Shown here in pieces: positions 22,928-32,000 of a stretch of DNA of 32,000 nt (positions are counted from its first letter, which is position 1; every line of letters starts with the position of its first letter). The notes beneath the pieces are model-generated. The model was not told where the DNA came from. It made no database searches and was given only the letters and a program-made list of their open reading frames with translations. Location of the stretch: contig NZ_JACOQK010000001.1 of NCBI RefSeq assembly GCF_014297275.1, forward strand, positions 1,453,584 to 1,485,583. Reading direction: 5' to 3'. This stretch comes from Clostridium facile. Its GTDB lineage: Bacteria > Bacillota > Clostridia > Oscillospirales > Ruminococcaceae. Position numbers and translations under genes: made by a program.

Positions 22928-23629
22928 TTAAAAGAAGTGTAATGGGTTAAAACGGTAAAACATAGCAAATAAATAGGTAGACTCTATTTGCTGGGTATTC
23001 AGCCAGCCTAAACTGTCGTGGGTAAAGAGAATAATAATCTCACAAACCATTGCCAACAACAATAAGTAAACACCTGCCTGAAATACGCCAACACAGCCGC
23101 CCAACAAACCATTCACCGTGCCAATGACCGGTATATAGTTGATAGTCACCGCTATTTTTAAAATAATATGAACTAACAGCCTACAAACAGCAAACAAAAT
23201 GACAAATAAAATACACTCTAATAAAAAAATGGTAGCAGGGCCCAAAAACTGGTCTACCAGATCTTGTGCTATCGAAGAGGCACTATCCCCCAAATGGGAT
23301 GCCATATAGTCCGAAGCTGTTTGCCCCTGAAACAGGATTCCATTTAAAAAGCCGGGTATTTTATCTGAAATTTGGTTGACGGCAGCTTGTAATTCCTCTA
23401 CACTGCCTGCACTAGCCAGTTGTTCTCCAACCTTCTCAATCATTCCAGATCGAAGCCAACGTTCAAATACCATGGGGGCAAATAGCTTTCCCAACCAGGT
23501 AGCTGCCAAAAGGGAAATGATATATCCACCTAACGAAACAATAGAAGCCACTAGCCCTTTCCGGTATCCAACCCAAACACATAAACAAAGTAGCCCTATT
23601 ACAAAGCAATCCAAAATAATACTGGTCAT
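22928..23629 (-). CDS. cvpA: CvpA family membrane protein
   Basis: 233 aa with 4-5 TM helices. The N-terminus ILDCFVIGLLCLCVWVGYRKGL is typical of CvpA. TAGGAGG RBS overlaps the upstream stop region. Confidence 0.75.
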   Translation of the reverse strand: MTSIILDCFVIGLLCLCVWVGYRKGLVASIVSLGGYIISLLAATWLGKLFAPMVFERWLRSGMIEKVGEQLASAGSVEELQAAVNQISDKIPGFLNGILFQGQTASDYMASHLGDSASSIAQDLVDQFLGPATIFLLECILFVILFAVCRLLVHIILKIAVTINYIPVIGTVNGLLGGCVGVFQAGVYLLLLAMVCEIIILFTHDSLGWLNTQQIESTYLFAMFYRFNPLHFF

Positions 23630-23642
23630 ATTTGGCCTCCTA

Positions 23643-24779
23643 TTACAACGAACTGCATTCTAACTTGGAGGTACTCACTCCATATACAGTATTGTTTTTT
23701 CCGATAATGCGGCTAACCACAGCCTGGTCTTCAATAGAACCCTTTAACTCTAATTTCATGTTGTATTTTTGTACCTGTTGGTTGGTCAATAAATAAACAT
23801 AGTTTCCATCTGTGTCCAAATCTCGGATTTGATCGTTGATTGTCGTCTCCGCTACCGTCCCTCCATTGGAATCCAATACTGTTAATTTTTGGTTATCTTT
23901 TACTTCTTCCCCCTGCAGCACAACAGTATAGCCCGATGTATTTACATAATATTTTAAATCTTTTGAAAAATCGTAACTAGAAATCTGGCTTCCATTACCA
24001 TCCAATGTGACGACCGCAGTATCCGTCACCATCTGTATTTTCCCACTGGATTTGACAACAACGGATACGGCCATTCCCTGTTCCATCGTCTGCTTAAAAA
24101 TTTCCTGCTCTTTATCAAAGTCCAATTTAATCAGCTCTGACTGCATAATACCGGACTTTGTGTTTACCGCTGTAAGGACACAGCCTTTCCCTGAGCCAGT
24201 AAAATCAAGGGAGGTTACCAGTGCTTCTGCCGAATACCATTTATATACTTCCTGACCAGTGGAATCATAAACCGTTAGCCGACACTGATAACGGTCATCC
24301 TGGGTTATAATCGCTATATTGCCATTGTCCGCAATTTCTCCAAACAGAATTTTTTGCTCTGTCGATAAATCAAAAATAGTCCCTGATTTATTCGCCACCA
24401 TAAATTTTGTTCCACTAATATCATAAATCAGGATCCGTTTAGAAGAAGATTTAATACTTGGATTAAAATAACCATGCTGAACGGTTTGCAATGTTCTTCC
24501 TTTGGCACTGTATAACATGTATTCTTTATCTGTTAGCAGCGCAACATTACTGCCACACATGGTAAAGCCTTTTATAGCATCCCCTTTTAATGAGACAGGA
24601 AAACTGGTGTTTTTCTGCTCTGCCACCCCTTGATCTACAATGGAATTTTGATAAGAACGATATATCATCCATCCGCCAAGAACAATAAAAATAATAAATA
24701 AAAAAAACAGCACACGTCTTAGCAGAACCTTTTTGCGCCTTTTTTTTCGATAATCTTCTATGTTCTTAACACGTGCCAT
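23643..24779 (-). CDS. N-terminally membrane-anchored hypothetical protein with a repetitive beta-rich ectodomain (DUF5711-like by recollection)
   Basis: Basic N-terminus (RKKRRKK), one TM helix, then about 330 aa of alternating beta-strand-like repeats (..Y.S.G..L...., D.NG.....). AAGGAGAA RBS. Family assignment is uncertain. Confidence 0.6.
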   Translation of the reverse strand: MARVKNIEDYRKKRRKKVLLRRVLFFLFIIFIVLGGWMIYRSYQNSIVDQGVAEQKNTSFPVSLKGDAIKGFTMCGSNVALLTDKEYMLYSAKGRTLQTVQHGYFNPSIKSSSKRILIYDISGTKFMVANKSGTIFDLSTEQKILFGEIADNGNIAIITQDDRYQCRLTVYDSTGQEVYKWYSAEALVTSLDFTGSGKGCVLTAVNTKSGIMQSELIKLDFDKEQEIFKQTMEQGMAVSVVVKSSGKIQMVTDTAVVTLDGNGSQISSYDFSKDLKYYVNTSGYTVVLQGEEVKDNQKLTVLDSNGGTVAETTINDQIRDLDTDGNYVYLLTNQQVQKYNMKLELKGSIEDQAVVSRIIGKNNTVYGVSTSKLECSSL

Positions 24780-24980
24780 TTTGTTCTCCTTGTACTAAAA
24801 TTTTGCTAACCATTTTATATGGTATCAGCAAGGGCACTACATCCTCATAAATGGTATTTTGTTTTTACTCATTTTCGATTTATGATTCATACTGTCCCTA
24901 CAGTTTGTATGATTAATTTTATTTTATTGGATATACATTGCGCTTCCATGAATATAGTCTTAATATCTTGGTTCATATCG

Positions 24981-25715
24981 TTAATAAAAAATCCGGTTTA
25001 AATACAACCCTCGGGCTGGCGCTGTCTTTCCAGCTAAGCTTCTATCCTTCTTTTGGATGATTTCTGGAATCTGCTCTGGTTGGATTTTTCCTTCGGATAC
25101 AAATAACAGTGTTCCTACCATAATCCGCACCATATTATATAAAAACCCATCTCCTCGAAAAACCAGCTTGATCAAATTTCCTTCTTGCTCTACTCTGGCA
25201 TCGAAAATCGTCCTAGTTTTATCTTCCACATCGGTATGCAAAGCACAAAAAGCAGAAAAATCATGGGTTCCTAGCAAATATTGCATTGCTTGCTGAATAC
25301 GCTCTATCCGAAGTGGATAGCGGTAATGGTATACCATATCCTGCAAAAAAGGGTTGCCATATTCCGCGTTCCAAATTTGATAAACATATTCTTTTCCTGT
25401 ACAGCTGTACCGGGCATGAAAATCCAATGGGGCTTCTGAACACCCCAACACCACAATATCATCTGGCAGAGATGTGTTCATTGCCCGCTGTATATTGTTA
25501 CAAGGAATTTTAGACTCGGTTTTCATATGGAAAAAATATTGGTTGGCATGTACTCCAGTGTCTGTCCGGGAACATCCGGAAATATCCAGGCGTTTCTGAA
25601 AAAGCCTTTCAATACTATCCTGTACTACCTGCTGGACAGTAATTGCATTCTGCTGTACCTGCCATCCATGATAGCGACTTCCATTATAAGAAATTTCAAA
25701 TAAAAGGTTTCTCAT
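24981..25715 (-). CDS. truA: tRNA pseudouridine(38-40) synthase TruA
   Basis: Motifs YNGSRYHGWQVQ and the catalytic GCSRTDTGVHA. 244 aa. Conserved position after ecfT. Confidence 0.9.
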   Translation of the reverse strand: MRNLLFEISYNGSRYHGWQVQQNAITVQQVVQDSIERLFQKRLDISGCSRTDTGVHANQYFFHMKTESKIPCNNIQRAMNTSLPDDIVVLGCSEAPLDFHARYSCTGKEYVYQIWNAEYGNPFLQDMVYHYRYPLRIERIQQAMQYLLGTHDFSAFCALHTDVEDKTRTIFDARVEQEGNLIKLVFRGDGFLYNMVRIMVGTLLFVSEGKIQPEQIPEIIQKKDRSLAGKTAPARGLYLNRIFY

Positions 25716-25724
25716 AGTGATCCT

Positions 25725-26537
25725 TTAAAAAAATGATGGTACAAATAAATTTAAACAAATAATAACGGCAATTAATAGCACCATAATAATGTAACATCCG
25801 AAATCCACTTTAGAGTATTTCAACTGTTTTAATCTGGTCCTGCCTTCCCCACCATGATAGCAGCGGGCTTCCATTGCCATAGCCAGTTCCTCTGCACGTC
25901 GGAAAGCGGAAATAAATAACGGAATCAAAATTGGAATCAACGCTTTTGCTCTTTGCAGCAGATTTCCACTTTCCATATCCGCCCCCCTTGCCTTTTGGGC
26001 ACACATGATTTTATCCGTTTCCTCAATCAAAGTAGGGATAAACCGCAAAGCGATTGTCATCATCATCGCCAGTTCATGAACTGGAAAATGGAGTTTTTTC
26101 AATGGCCGGAGTAGATGTTCAATCCCATCGGTCAATGAAATCGGTAATGTGGTATACGTCAATATGGATGACCCCGCAATCAGACATAAAATCCGGATTG
26201 CCATAGTAATTGCGGTTTTAATTCCTTTCCCACTAATGGAAAAAATCCAAAATTTCACCAACGGATCGCCCGAAACAAAAAACATGTTTAAAATAGCCGT
26301 AAAAATCAAAATTGGAATAATTGGTTTTAAACTTTTTAAAATCATTTTTACTGGAATACGTGCAATTCCATACAAAAATAGTGTAAACCCAATAGTTAAA
26401 ATATATCCAATTGGATTATCAATCAAAAACAGCAACACGATATAAACAAATGTTAAGATAATTTTTGTCCTGGGGTCGGCACGATGTACAACCGAATTCC
26501 CTGGAAAGTATTGTCCTATGGTAATATCTTTCAGCAT
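25725..26537 (-). CDS. ecfT: ECF transporter transmembrane (T) component EcfT
   Basis: 270-aa membrane protein with the D.R.K N-terminal pattern and ARGAD...R.EELA.AMEARC coupling helices. Its start overlaps the ecfA2 stop (ATGCTGA). Confidence 0.9.
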   Translation of the reverse strand: MLKDITIGQYFPGNSVVHRADPRTKIILTFVYIVLLFLIDNPIGYILTIGFTLFLYGIARIPVKMILKSLKPIIPILIFTAILNMFFVSGDPLVKFWIFSISGKGIKTAITMAIRILCLIAGSSILTYTTLPISLTDGIEHLLRPLKKLHFPVHELAMMMTIALRFIPTLIEETDKIMCAQKARGADMESGNLLQRAKALIPILIPLFISAFRRAEELAMAMEARCYHGGEGRTRLKQLKYSKVDFGCYIIMVLLIAVIICLNLFVPSFF

Positions 26538-27397
26538 AATTCGGTTCCTTTCTTCAACGCTCTCAACAATTCTTCCTTTGCCTGTTCTACTGTATAAATA
26601 TTGGTGTTGACGTCAAACCCTTTTTGGCGCAACTGGTAAAACACCTCAGACAACTGTGGTACAGAAAGCCCCATTTCTTTGAGCTGTTCTATTTTAGAGA
26701 AAACTTCATCCACAGTATCATAGGCAAATAATCTGGAATTGTTCATAACTAAGACTTTAGAAGCGTATTGCGCCACATCTTCCATGCTGTGGGAAACCAA
26801 CAGGATCGTATTCTGTTCCTGGCGATGGTATTCCTGAATCTGCCCCAAAATCTTCTTCCGTCCTTTTGGATCAAGCCCCGCTGTAGGCTCGTCCAAAATC
26901 AACACCTTTGGACGCATGGCAATTACCCCAGCAATGGCTACACGGCGTTTCTGTCCACCGGATAGTTCAAATGGGCTTTTTTCCATATAGCTTTTAGGCA
27001 GCCCGACGAACTTAGCGGCTTCTTGTACCCGTTGGTCAATTTCTTCTTCCGATAACCCCATATTTTTTGGACCAAACGCAATATCTTTTGCCACTGTTTC
27101 TTCGAATAACTGATATTCTGGATATTGGAACACCAGACCAACCTTAAAGCGGACTTGGCGCAGCTTGGATTTATCTGCCCAGATGTCCTCCCCATCCACA
27201 TATACTTTTCCGGAAGATGGGGCGAGCAAACCATTTAGATGCTGAATCAAGGTGGATTTACCAGAACCAGTATGGCCAATTACTCCGACAAACTCCCCTT
27301 GCTCAATCTCTAAATTAACATCGTCCACCGCGACTTTTTGCTGTGGTGTTCCTGTATTGTAGGTATACACAAGATGTTCTGTTTTAATAATTGCCAC
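26531..27397 (-). CDS. ecfA2: ECF transporter ATPase EcfA2
   Basis: Walker A GHTGSGKST, signature LSGGQKRRVAIA, Walker B LILDEPTAGLD. GTG start at 27397 lies 8 nt after GGAGGG. The longer ATG-initiated ORF would overlap ecfA1. Confidence 0.9.
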   Translation of the reverse strand: MAIIKTEHLVYTYNTGTPQQKVAVDDVNLEIEQGEFVGVIGHTGSGKSTLIQHLNGLLAPSSGKVYVDGEDIWADKSKLRQVRFKVGLVFQYPEYQLFEETVAKDIAFGPKNMGLSEEEIDQRVQEAAKFVGLPKSYMEKSPFELSGGQKRRVAIAGVIAMRPKVLILDEPTAGLDPKGRKKILGQIQEYHRQEQNTILLVSHSMEDVAQYASKVLVMNNSRLFAYDTVDEVFSKIEQLKEMGLSVPQLSEVFYQLRQKGFDVNTNIYTVEQAKEELLRALKKGTELC

Positions 27398-27401
27398 CGT
27401 C

Positions 27402-28244
27402 TTAACCCTCCAATAACTTTGATAAGATTGCCACACATTGCTGCTCTGTCAATACATCTTCCGGTACATCAAAGCCATCTTTGCGCAGCTCATACATGAG
27501 TTCAGTTACTTGAGGGACATCCAACCCCACCTGTTTTAATTGTTCTACATGGCGGAATACCTCGTTTGGCGTTCCATCCAATAAAATCTCTCCATTGTCT
27601 ACCACAACCACACGGTTCGCTAAAACCGCTTCTTCCATGTAATGGGTAATATGGACAATGGTTGTCCCCAATTCACGGTTTAACTTTTGGATTGTTTCCA
27701 GCACTTCTCGCCGCCCTCTTGGGTCCAACATAGCAGTAGCTTCATCCAATACAATACAATCCGGCTGCATAGCGATAATCCCGGCTATCGCAACACGCTG
27801 TTTCTGTCCGCCGGACAACTGATGTGGGGCACGGTTGCGGTATTCGTACATTCCCACCGCCTTGAGGGAATAATCTACCCTACTTCTGATTTCTTCCGGT
27901 GGTACTCCTAAATTCTCAGGGGCAAACGCCACATCTTCTTCCACTAAGGTGGCTACAATCTGGTTATCTGGATTTTGAAATACCATGCCAACCCGCTGAC
28001 GCACGTCAAACACCAATTCTTCCTGAGAAGTATCAATTCCCTCCACATATACTGTACCGCTGGTAGGGATCAATATGGAATTAAAGTGTTTGGCAAGGGT
28101 GGATTTTCCAGAACCATTGTGCCCTAAAACAGCTATAAATTCCCCTTTACGGATTGAAAGGTTCATCTGTTTTAGCACCTGGGTATTTTGTTCTTCCCCT
28201 TGGTATTCAAAACACAAATCTTTTGTTTGAATCATTTCATTCAT
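27402..28244 (-). CDS. ecfA1: ECF transporter ATPase EcfA1
   Basis: Walker A GHNGSGKST, signature LSGGQKQRVAIA, Walker B IVLDEATAMLD. AGGAGAA RBS. Confidence 0.9.
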   Translation of the reverse strand: MNEMIQTKDLCFEYQGEEQNTQVLKQMNLSIRKGEFIAVLGHNGSGKSTLAKHFNSILIPTSGTVYVEGIDTSQEELVFDVRQRVGMVFQNPDNQIVATLVEEDVAFAPENLGVPPEEIRSRVDYSLKAVGMYEYRNRAPHQLSGGQKQRVAIAGIIAMQPDCIVLDEATAMLDPRGRREVLETIQKLNRELGTTIVHITHYMEEAVLANRVVVVDNGEILLDGTPNEVFRHVEQLKQVGLDVPQVTELMYELRKDGFDVPEDVLTEQQCVAILSKLLEG

Positions 28245-28269
28245 AAGGTTCTCCTAGTTGAACTCCTGT

Positions 28270-28308
28270 CCGCCTGAAAAGCCAGGTCGGGCGGTTTTGA
28301 TTGTAACA
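28270..28308 (-). promoter_or_regulatory. Candidate extended -10 promoter (TGTTACAAT) plus leader hairpin upstream of ecfA1
   Basis: The minus strand reads TGTTACAAT (28300-28308), followed by an imperfect GC-rich hairpin (about 28270-28294). No convincing -35. Confidence 0.3.
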
Positions 28309-28313
28309 TTTAT

Positions 28314-29180
28314 TCAGATTTCATTTACCGCGATCGCAGTAGAACCGCAAGGCAACACAAAGCCAGAATTGCTCACTGGTAACCCGATTTCATCCGCTGT
28401 AATAGAACGGAACCGGGTTCCCACTGTTGTTCCCAACAGATAGCTCATAACAGAAGGGGATAACCCTGTGGTATAAGAATTTAACGCAAAGAAAAGTGGC
28501 TGGTCGGATAATACCTGGGAACACAGGTTGAGCAAATCATAAATTTTATCTTCCAGTTTCCAAACTTCACCGCCTGGCCCTCTTCCATAAGAAGGTGGGT
28601 CCATAATAATGGCATCATATTTTCTGCCACGGCGGATTTCCCGCATCACAAATTTTTCACAGTCATCAATAATCCAACGGATTGGCCGATCAGACAACTT
28701 GGATAAAACGGCGTTTTCCCTTGCCCAAGAAACAATCCCTTTTGAGGCGTCTACATGGCAAACAGAAGCTCCCGCTGCTGCGCAGGAAAGGGTTGCCCCA
28801 CCGGTATAGGAAAACAGGTTTAATACCTGGATTGGCCGCTCACTTGACTGAATGAGTTCCCGAAAATAATCCCAGTTAACAGCCTGTTCTGGAAATAGTC
28901 CCATATGTTTAAAGCCAGTGGGTTCTATTTTAAAACGCAACCCTTTATAAGAGATTGTTTTTGGGGATTGAATGGGCTTTAAAAATTCCCAGGAGCCGCC
29001 CCCACTATTGGAACGATGATAATGAGCATGTATCTGGTTCCAGGAAGGATGCTGATGTGGAGTATGCCAAATCACCTGTGGATCTGGACGAATAAAGAAC
29101 TCTTTCCCCCAACGCTCCAATTTTTCTCCGTTGGAAGTATCTATAATTTCATAATCCTTCCAATCCGCTGCAACTCTCAT
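28314..29180 (-). CDS. Class I SAM-dependent RNA methyltransferase (RlmI/RlmK-like catalytic domain, no PUA domain)
   Basis: The SAM-binding VLNLFSYTGGATLSCAAAGA and DPPSYGRG motif are typical of the PF10672-type methyltransferases. ATG at 29180 lies 7 nt after AAGGGAG. Confidence 0.75.
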   Translation of the reverse strand: MRVAADWKDYEIIDTSNGEKLERWGKEFFIRPDPQVIWHTPHQHPSWNQIHAHYHRSNSGGGSWEFLKPIQSPKTISYKGLRFKIEPTGFKHMGLFPEQAVNWDYFRELIQSSERPIQVLNLFSYTGGATLSCAAAGASVCHVDASKGIVSWARENAVLSKLSDRPIRWIIDDCEKFVMREIRRGRKYDAIIMDPPSYGRGPGGEVWKLEDKIYDLLNLCSQVLSDQPLFFALNSYTTGLSPSVMSYLLGTTVGTRFRSITADEIGLPVSNSGFVLPCGSTAIAVNEI

Positions 29181-29202
29181 CTGCATACTCCCTTCTTACT
29201 CA

Positions 29203-30552
29203 TTAAATTCTGGACTCGATTAAAGATACAATTTCCTTTGCGATATTTGTAATTTCCTGATGGTCTTTTCCTTCTACCATCACACGGATAATTGGTTCTG
29301 TACCGGATGGACGAACTAAAATTCTGCCATCTTTCCCTAAGGCATCATCCTTATCCACAATCATCTGTTTTAAGTCTTCATCTTGGTTAAACTTATCTTT
29401 CGCTACTGCGTCCGCTTGTACGCTCAACAGTACCTGTGGGAATCGTTCCATAATAGAAGCCAGCTCAGACAAAGATTTTCCTGTGCGTTTCATAATGCTC
29501 AACAATTGTACTGCGGAAAGTTGTCCATCCCCGGTAGAAGCATAATCGCTGAAAATAATATGTCCGGATTGTTCCCCACCTAACACATGACCATTTTGAC
29601 GCATATTTTCCAGTACATAACGGTCACCTACCTTGGTGGCAACGGTCTTGATACCCTCTTTTTCAGTAAAGTGGAAAAAACCTAGGTTAGTCATCACAGT
29701 AACTACTGCGGTGTCATTTGCTAGGCAACCACGTTCTTTCATATCCTTAGCGAAAATGGCAATCATTTTATCGCCATCCACATCATCGCCGTTTTCGTCA
29801 ATCGCAAGGCAGCGGTCCGCATCTCCGTCAAAGGCAACTGCTGCCTGGCAGTTATGTTCCATCATATAGACACGCAAACTCTCCATATGGGTAGAACCAC
29901 AACGGTCGTTGATATTTTCCCCATTTGGTTCCGCATGGATAATCACTGGATCCGCACCTAAACTGCGGAACAATAAATCAGCGGTTGTGCTGGCACTACC
30001 ATTCGCGCAGTCCACAGCAATCCGTAACCCTTTCAAATCCCCATCAATACTGCTTGCAATGTGGCTGACATAGTCATGGACAGCGGAACGGCGCTGGAAT
30101 ACTCTACCCAATTCTACCCCTTGTTTCAATGGAATTTGATCAGGGGTGTCCAAAATTAAAGCTTCAATCTCATTTTCAATCTCATCAGACAGTTTATAGC
30201 CTTGGTTATTAAAAATTTTAATTCCATTAAATTCCACCGGATTATGGGATGCAGAAATCATAATCCCAGCGTCACATCCATATTTTCCCACCAAATAAGC
30301 AACTGCGGGGGTAGGAATTACACCGATTAAGGTGACATCCGCACCTACAGAACATAAGCCAGCTACCAGTGCAGCTTCCAGCATTTTGGATGAAATACGG
30401 GTATCCCGCCCAATCAAAATCATTGGCTTTTCTTCTTGGCTATGCCGTGTCAATACCACTGCCGCAGCACGTCCAATCTGCATTGCTAATTCACAGGTTA
30501 ACTCGGTATTTGCGATTCCTCTCGCACCATCTGTTCCAAATAAACGACCCAT
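29203..30552 (-). CDS. glmM: Phosphoglucosamine mutase GlmM
   Basis: MGRLFGTDGARG N-terminus, phosphoserine loop ISASHNPVEFNGIK, metal loop FDGDADR, GGEQSGH. Confidence 0.95.
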   Translation of the reverse strand: MGRLFGTDGARGIANTELTCELAMQIGRAAAVVLTRHSQEEKPMILIGRDTRISSKMLEAALVAGLCSVGADVTLIGVIPTPAVAYLVGKYGCDAGIMISASHNPVEFNGIKIFNNQGYKLSDEIENEIEALILDTPDQIPLKQGVELGRVFQRRSAVHDYVSHIASSIDGDLKGLRIAVDCANGSASTTADLLFRSLGADPVIIHAEPNGENINDRCGSTHMESLRVYMMEHNCQAAVAFDGDADRCLAIDENGDDVDGDKMIAIFAKDMKERGCLANDTAVVTVMTNLGFFHFTEKEGIKTVATKVGDRYVLENMRQNGHVLGGEQSGHIIFSDYASTGDGQLSAVQLLSIMKRTGKSLSELASIMERFPQVLLSVQADAVAKDKFNQDEDLKQMIVDKDDALGKDGRILVRPSGTEPIIRVMVEGKDHQEITNIAKEIVSLIESRI

Positions 30553-30588
30553 ATGTAATCTCTCCTATTCGAATAATCCATTTTCTAT

Positions 30589-31623
30589 TTATATTAATGT
30601 TTGCTGTCCATCTTGGCTGATTCCAAGATGCTGGTACGCCAATGAGGTGACACATCTTCCACGAGGAGTACGGGACAAAAAGCCCAACTGCATCAAATAA
30701 GGCTCATAAACATCCTCAATAGTAACCGCTTCTTCCCCCAAAATAGCAGCTATGGTTTCTAACCCAACTGGTCCACCATTGTAGTTTTTAATCATGGTAG
30801 TTAGCATCCGGCGGTCCAATGGCTCCAGACCCAGTTCATCAATCTCTAATTTTTGCAGGGAGGAATCTACAATTTTTTTGGTAATCACGCCATCTCCCAA
30901 CACCTGGGCAAAATCACGAACACGTTTTAGTAAACGGTTGGCGATACGAGGCGTACCACGAGAACGCTTTGCCAGTTCCAAAGCCCCATCCCTTTCACAA
31001 GGAATTTCCAGCAGGCTGGCGCTCCTCATAATAATTTCCGAAAGCTGTTCTTCATTGTAAAGTTCCAGCCGTAAAATAACGCCGAATCGGTCACGCAACG
31101 GAGCGGTCAATTGTCCCGCACGAGTTGTAGCACCTACCAGTGTAAATTTAGGCAAATCAATGCGGATAGAGCGGGCAGCAGGCCCTTTGCCTATGATAAT
31201 ATCCAACGCATAGTCTTCCATGGCTGGATACAATACTTCTTCTACCGCCCTGGAAAGCCGGTGGATCTCATCAATAAACAACACATCATTTTCATTCAAG
31301 TTGGAAAGCAACGCCGCCAAATCCCCTGGTTTTTCAATAGCCGGACCCGAGGTGACACGGATATTGACGTTCATCTCGTTGGCGATAATCATAGACAAGG
31401 TGGTTTTTCCAAGCCCAGGAGGTCCGTATAACAAGACATGGTCCAAAGGTTCCCCACGTTGGCGGGCCGCTTCAATATAAATACTCAAATTTTCTTTTGC
31501 TTTGTCCTGGCCAATATATTCTTTTAAGGTTTTCGGACGCAACGTAAACTCTACATCCATATCTTCTGGAGAAAAATCCGGTGTAGTAATCCGGCTTTCA
31601 AAATCCGTTTCACGGTCAAACAT
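30589..31623 (-). CDS. ruvB: Holliday junction branch migration helicase RuvB
   Basis: LRP..L.EYIGQ, Walker [10 protein letters not shown], Walker [10 protein letters not shown], sensor GATTR. Confidence 0.95.
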   Translation of the reverse strand: MFDRETDFESRITTPDFSPEDMDVEFTLRPKTLKEYIGQDKAKENLSIYIEAARQRGEPLDHVLLYGPPGLGKTTLSMIIANEMNVNIRVTSGPAIEKPGDLAALLSNLNENDVLFIDEIHRLSRAVEEVLYPAMEDYALDIIIGKGPAARSIRIDLPKFTLVGATTRAGQLTAPLRDRFGVILRLELYNEEQLSEIIMRSASLLEIPCERDGALELAKRSRGTPRIANRLLKRVRDFAQVLGDGVITKKIVDSSLQKLEIDELGLEPLDRRMLTTMIKNYNGGPVGLETIAAILGEEAVTIEDVYEPYLMQLGFLSRTPRGRCVTSLAYQHLGISQDGQQTLI

Positions 31624-31644
31624 ACTGATGTTCTTTTCCTCCTT

Positions 31645-32000
31645 TTATCGAATGGTAGCCAATGCTTTTAATCCAACCCGAATCATATCTTCTACAGAAG
31701 TTGACGGGTCAATTCCAGCAAGTGCCTGGGCAGCTTCTGATTTAGAATATCCTAACACCACTAATGCGCTAATAGCTTCCGCCACATTTCCAGCATTAGT
31801 AGGCAGTTCAATTTCTTTTCCAGCTACTACACTACTGGATAACTGCTCTTTAGAAATTTTATCTTTCAACTCCAACACAATTCGTTGTGCTGTTTTTCCA
31901 CCAATCCCTTTGGATTTTGTTAAAGATTTGCTGTCACCAGAAGCAACACACAGCGCAAATTGGGATGGGGTTACATTGGATAAAATAGATAATGCCGCCT
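31645..32000 (-). CDS. ruvA: Holliday junction DNA-binding protein RuvA (C-terminal about 118 aa; the 5' end lies beyond the window)
   Basis: The frame stays open to base 32000. My hand translation gives ...SKGIGGKTAQRIVLELKDK... (HhH domain II) and the domain III tail LGYSKSEAAQAL. Confidence 0.9.
   Translation of the reverse strand, partial: AALSILSNVTPSQFALCVASGDSKSLTKSKGIGGKTAQRIVLELKDKISKEQLSSSVVAGKEIELPTNAGNVAEAISALVVLGYSKSEAAQALAGIDPSTSVEDMIRVGLKALATIR

Noticed and set aside
1-32000. A window-wide scan for CRISPR repeats, tRNA/rRNA genes, IS elements or inverted terminal repeats, integrases, toxin-antitoxin pairs and known defence genes.
   Set aside because: None was seen. Intergenic regions are short and are explained by promoters and terminators. 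The only repeats are the protein-level CBM32 and FIVAR duplications and the recurrent TGCTATAAT extended -10 motif.

Overview
This is an AT-rich chromosomal segment (roughly 40% G+C by eye) with Firmicutes/Clostridia-type gene content and strong GGAGG-type ribosome-binding sites. I support 33 protein-coding features. I see no rRNA, tRNA, CRISPR array, transposase/integrase or obvious prophage or defence island.

Layout:
- 1-5 kb: transporters (MATE, EamA) and an rlmA-nhaC-ybaK string.
- 5.4-11.1 kb: an accessory-looking carbohydrate block. It holds a membrane-embedded processive GT2 synthase followed by a very large secreted glycosidase with two CBM32/discoidin domains. The FIVAR-repeat and cell-wall-anchor tail of that glycosidase is thrown out of frame by an A9 homopolymer.
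- 11.4-18.6 kb: one tightly coupled nine-gene minus-strand string, thyX-DUF896-tmk-DUF2156-GNAT-DJ1-MTHFS-mltG-U32.
- 18.7-19.8 kb: an uncharacterised 19-cysteine protein and a 64-aa protein.
- 19.9-24.8 kb: pncA-like hydrolase, a ClpC-type AAA+ unfoldase with a zinc-ribbon N-terminus, and a membrane-protein/cvpA pair.
- 25-32 kb: truA, ecfT, ecfA2, ecfA1, a SAM methyltransferase, glmM, ruvB and ruvA (ascending coordinates, all minus strand).

Most of the window is ordinary housekeeping. The points most worth follow-up:
1. The homopolymer-controlled anchoring of the glycosidase.
2. The Cys-rich protein with a sigma-K-like promoter.
3. The standalone DUF2156/GNAT/DJ-1 trio embedded in the thymidylate operon.
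4. DUF896 translationally coupled between thyX and tmk.

I did not find a clear-cut novel multi-gene system. All family assignments come from motif recognition by eye, not from database searches.
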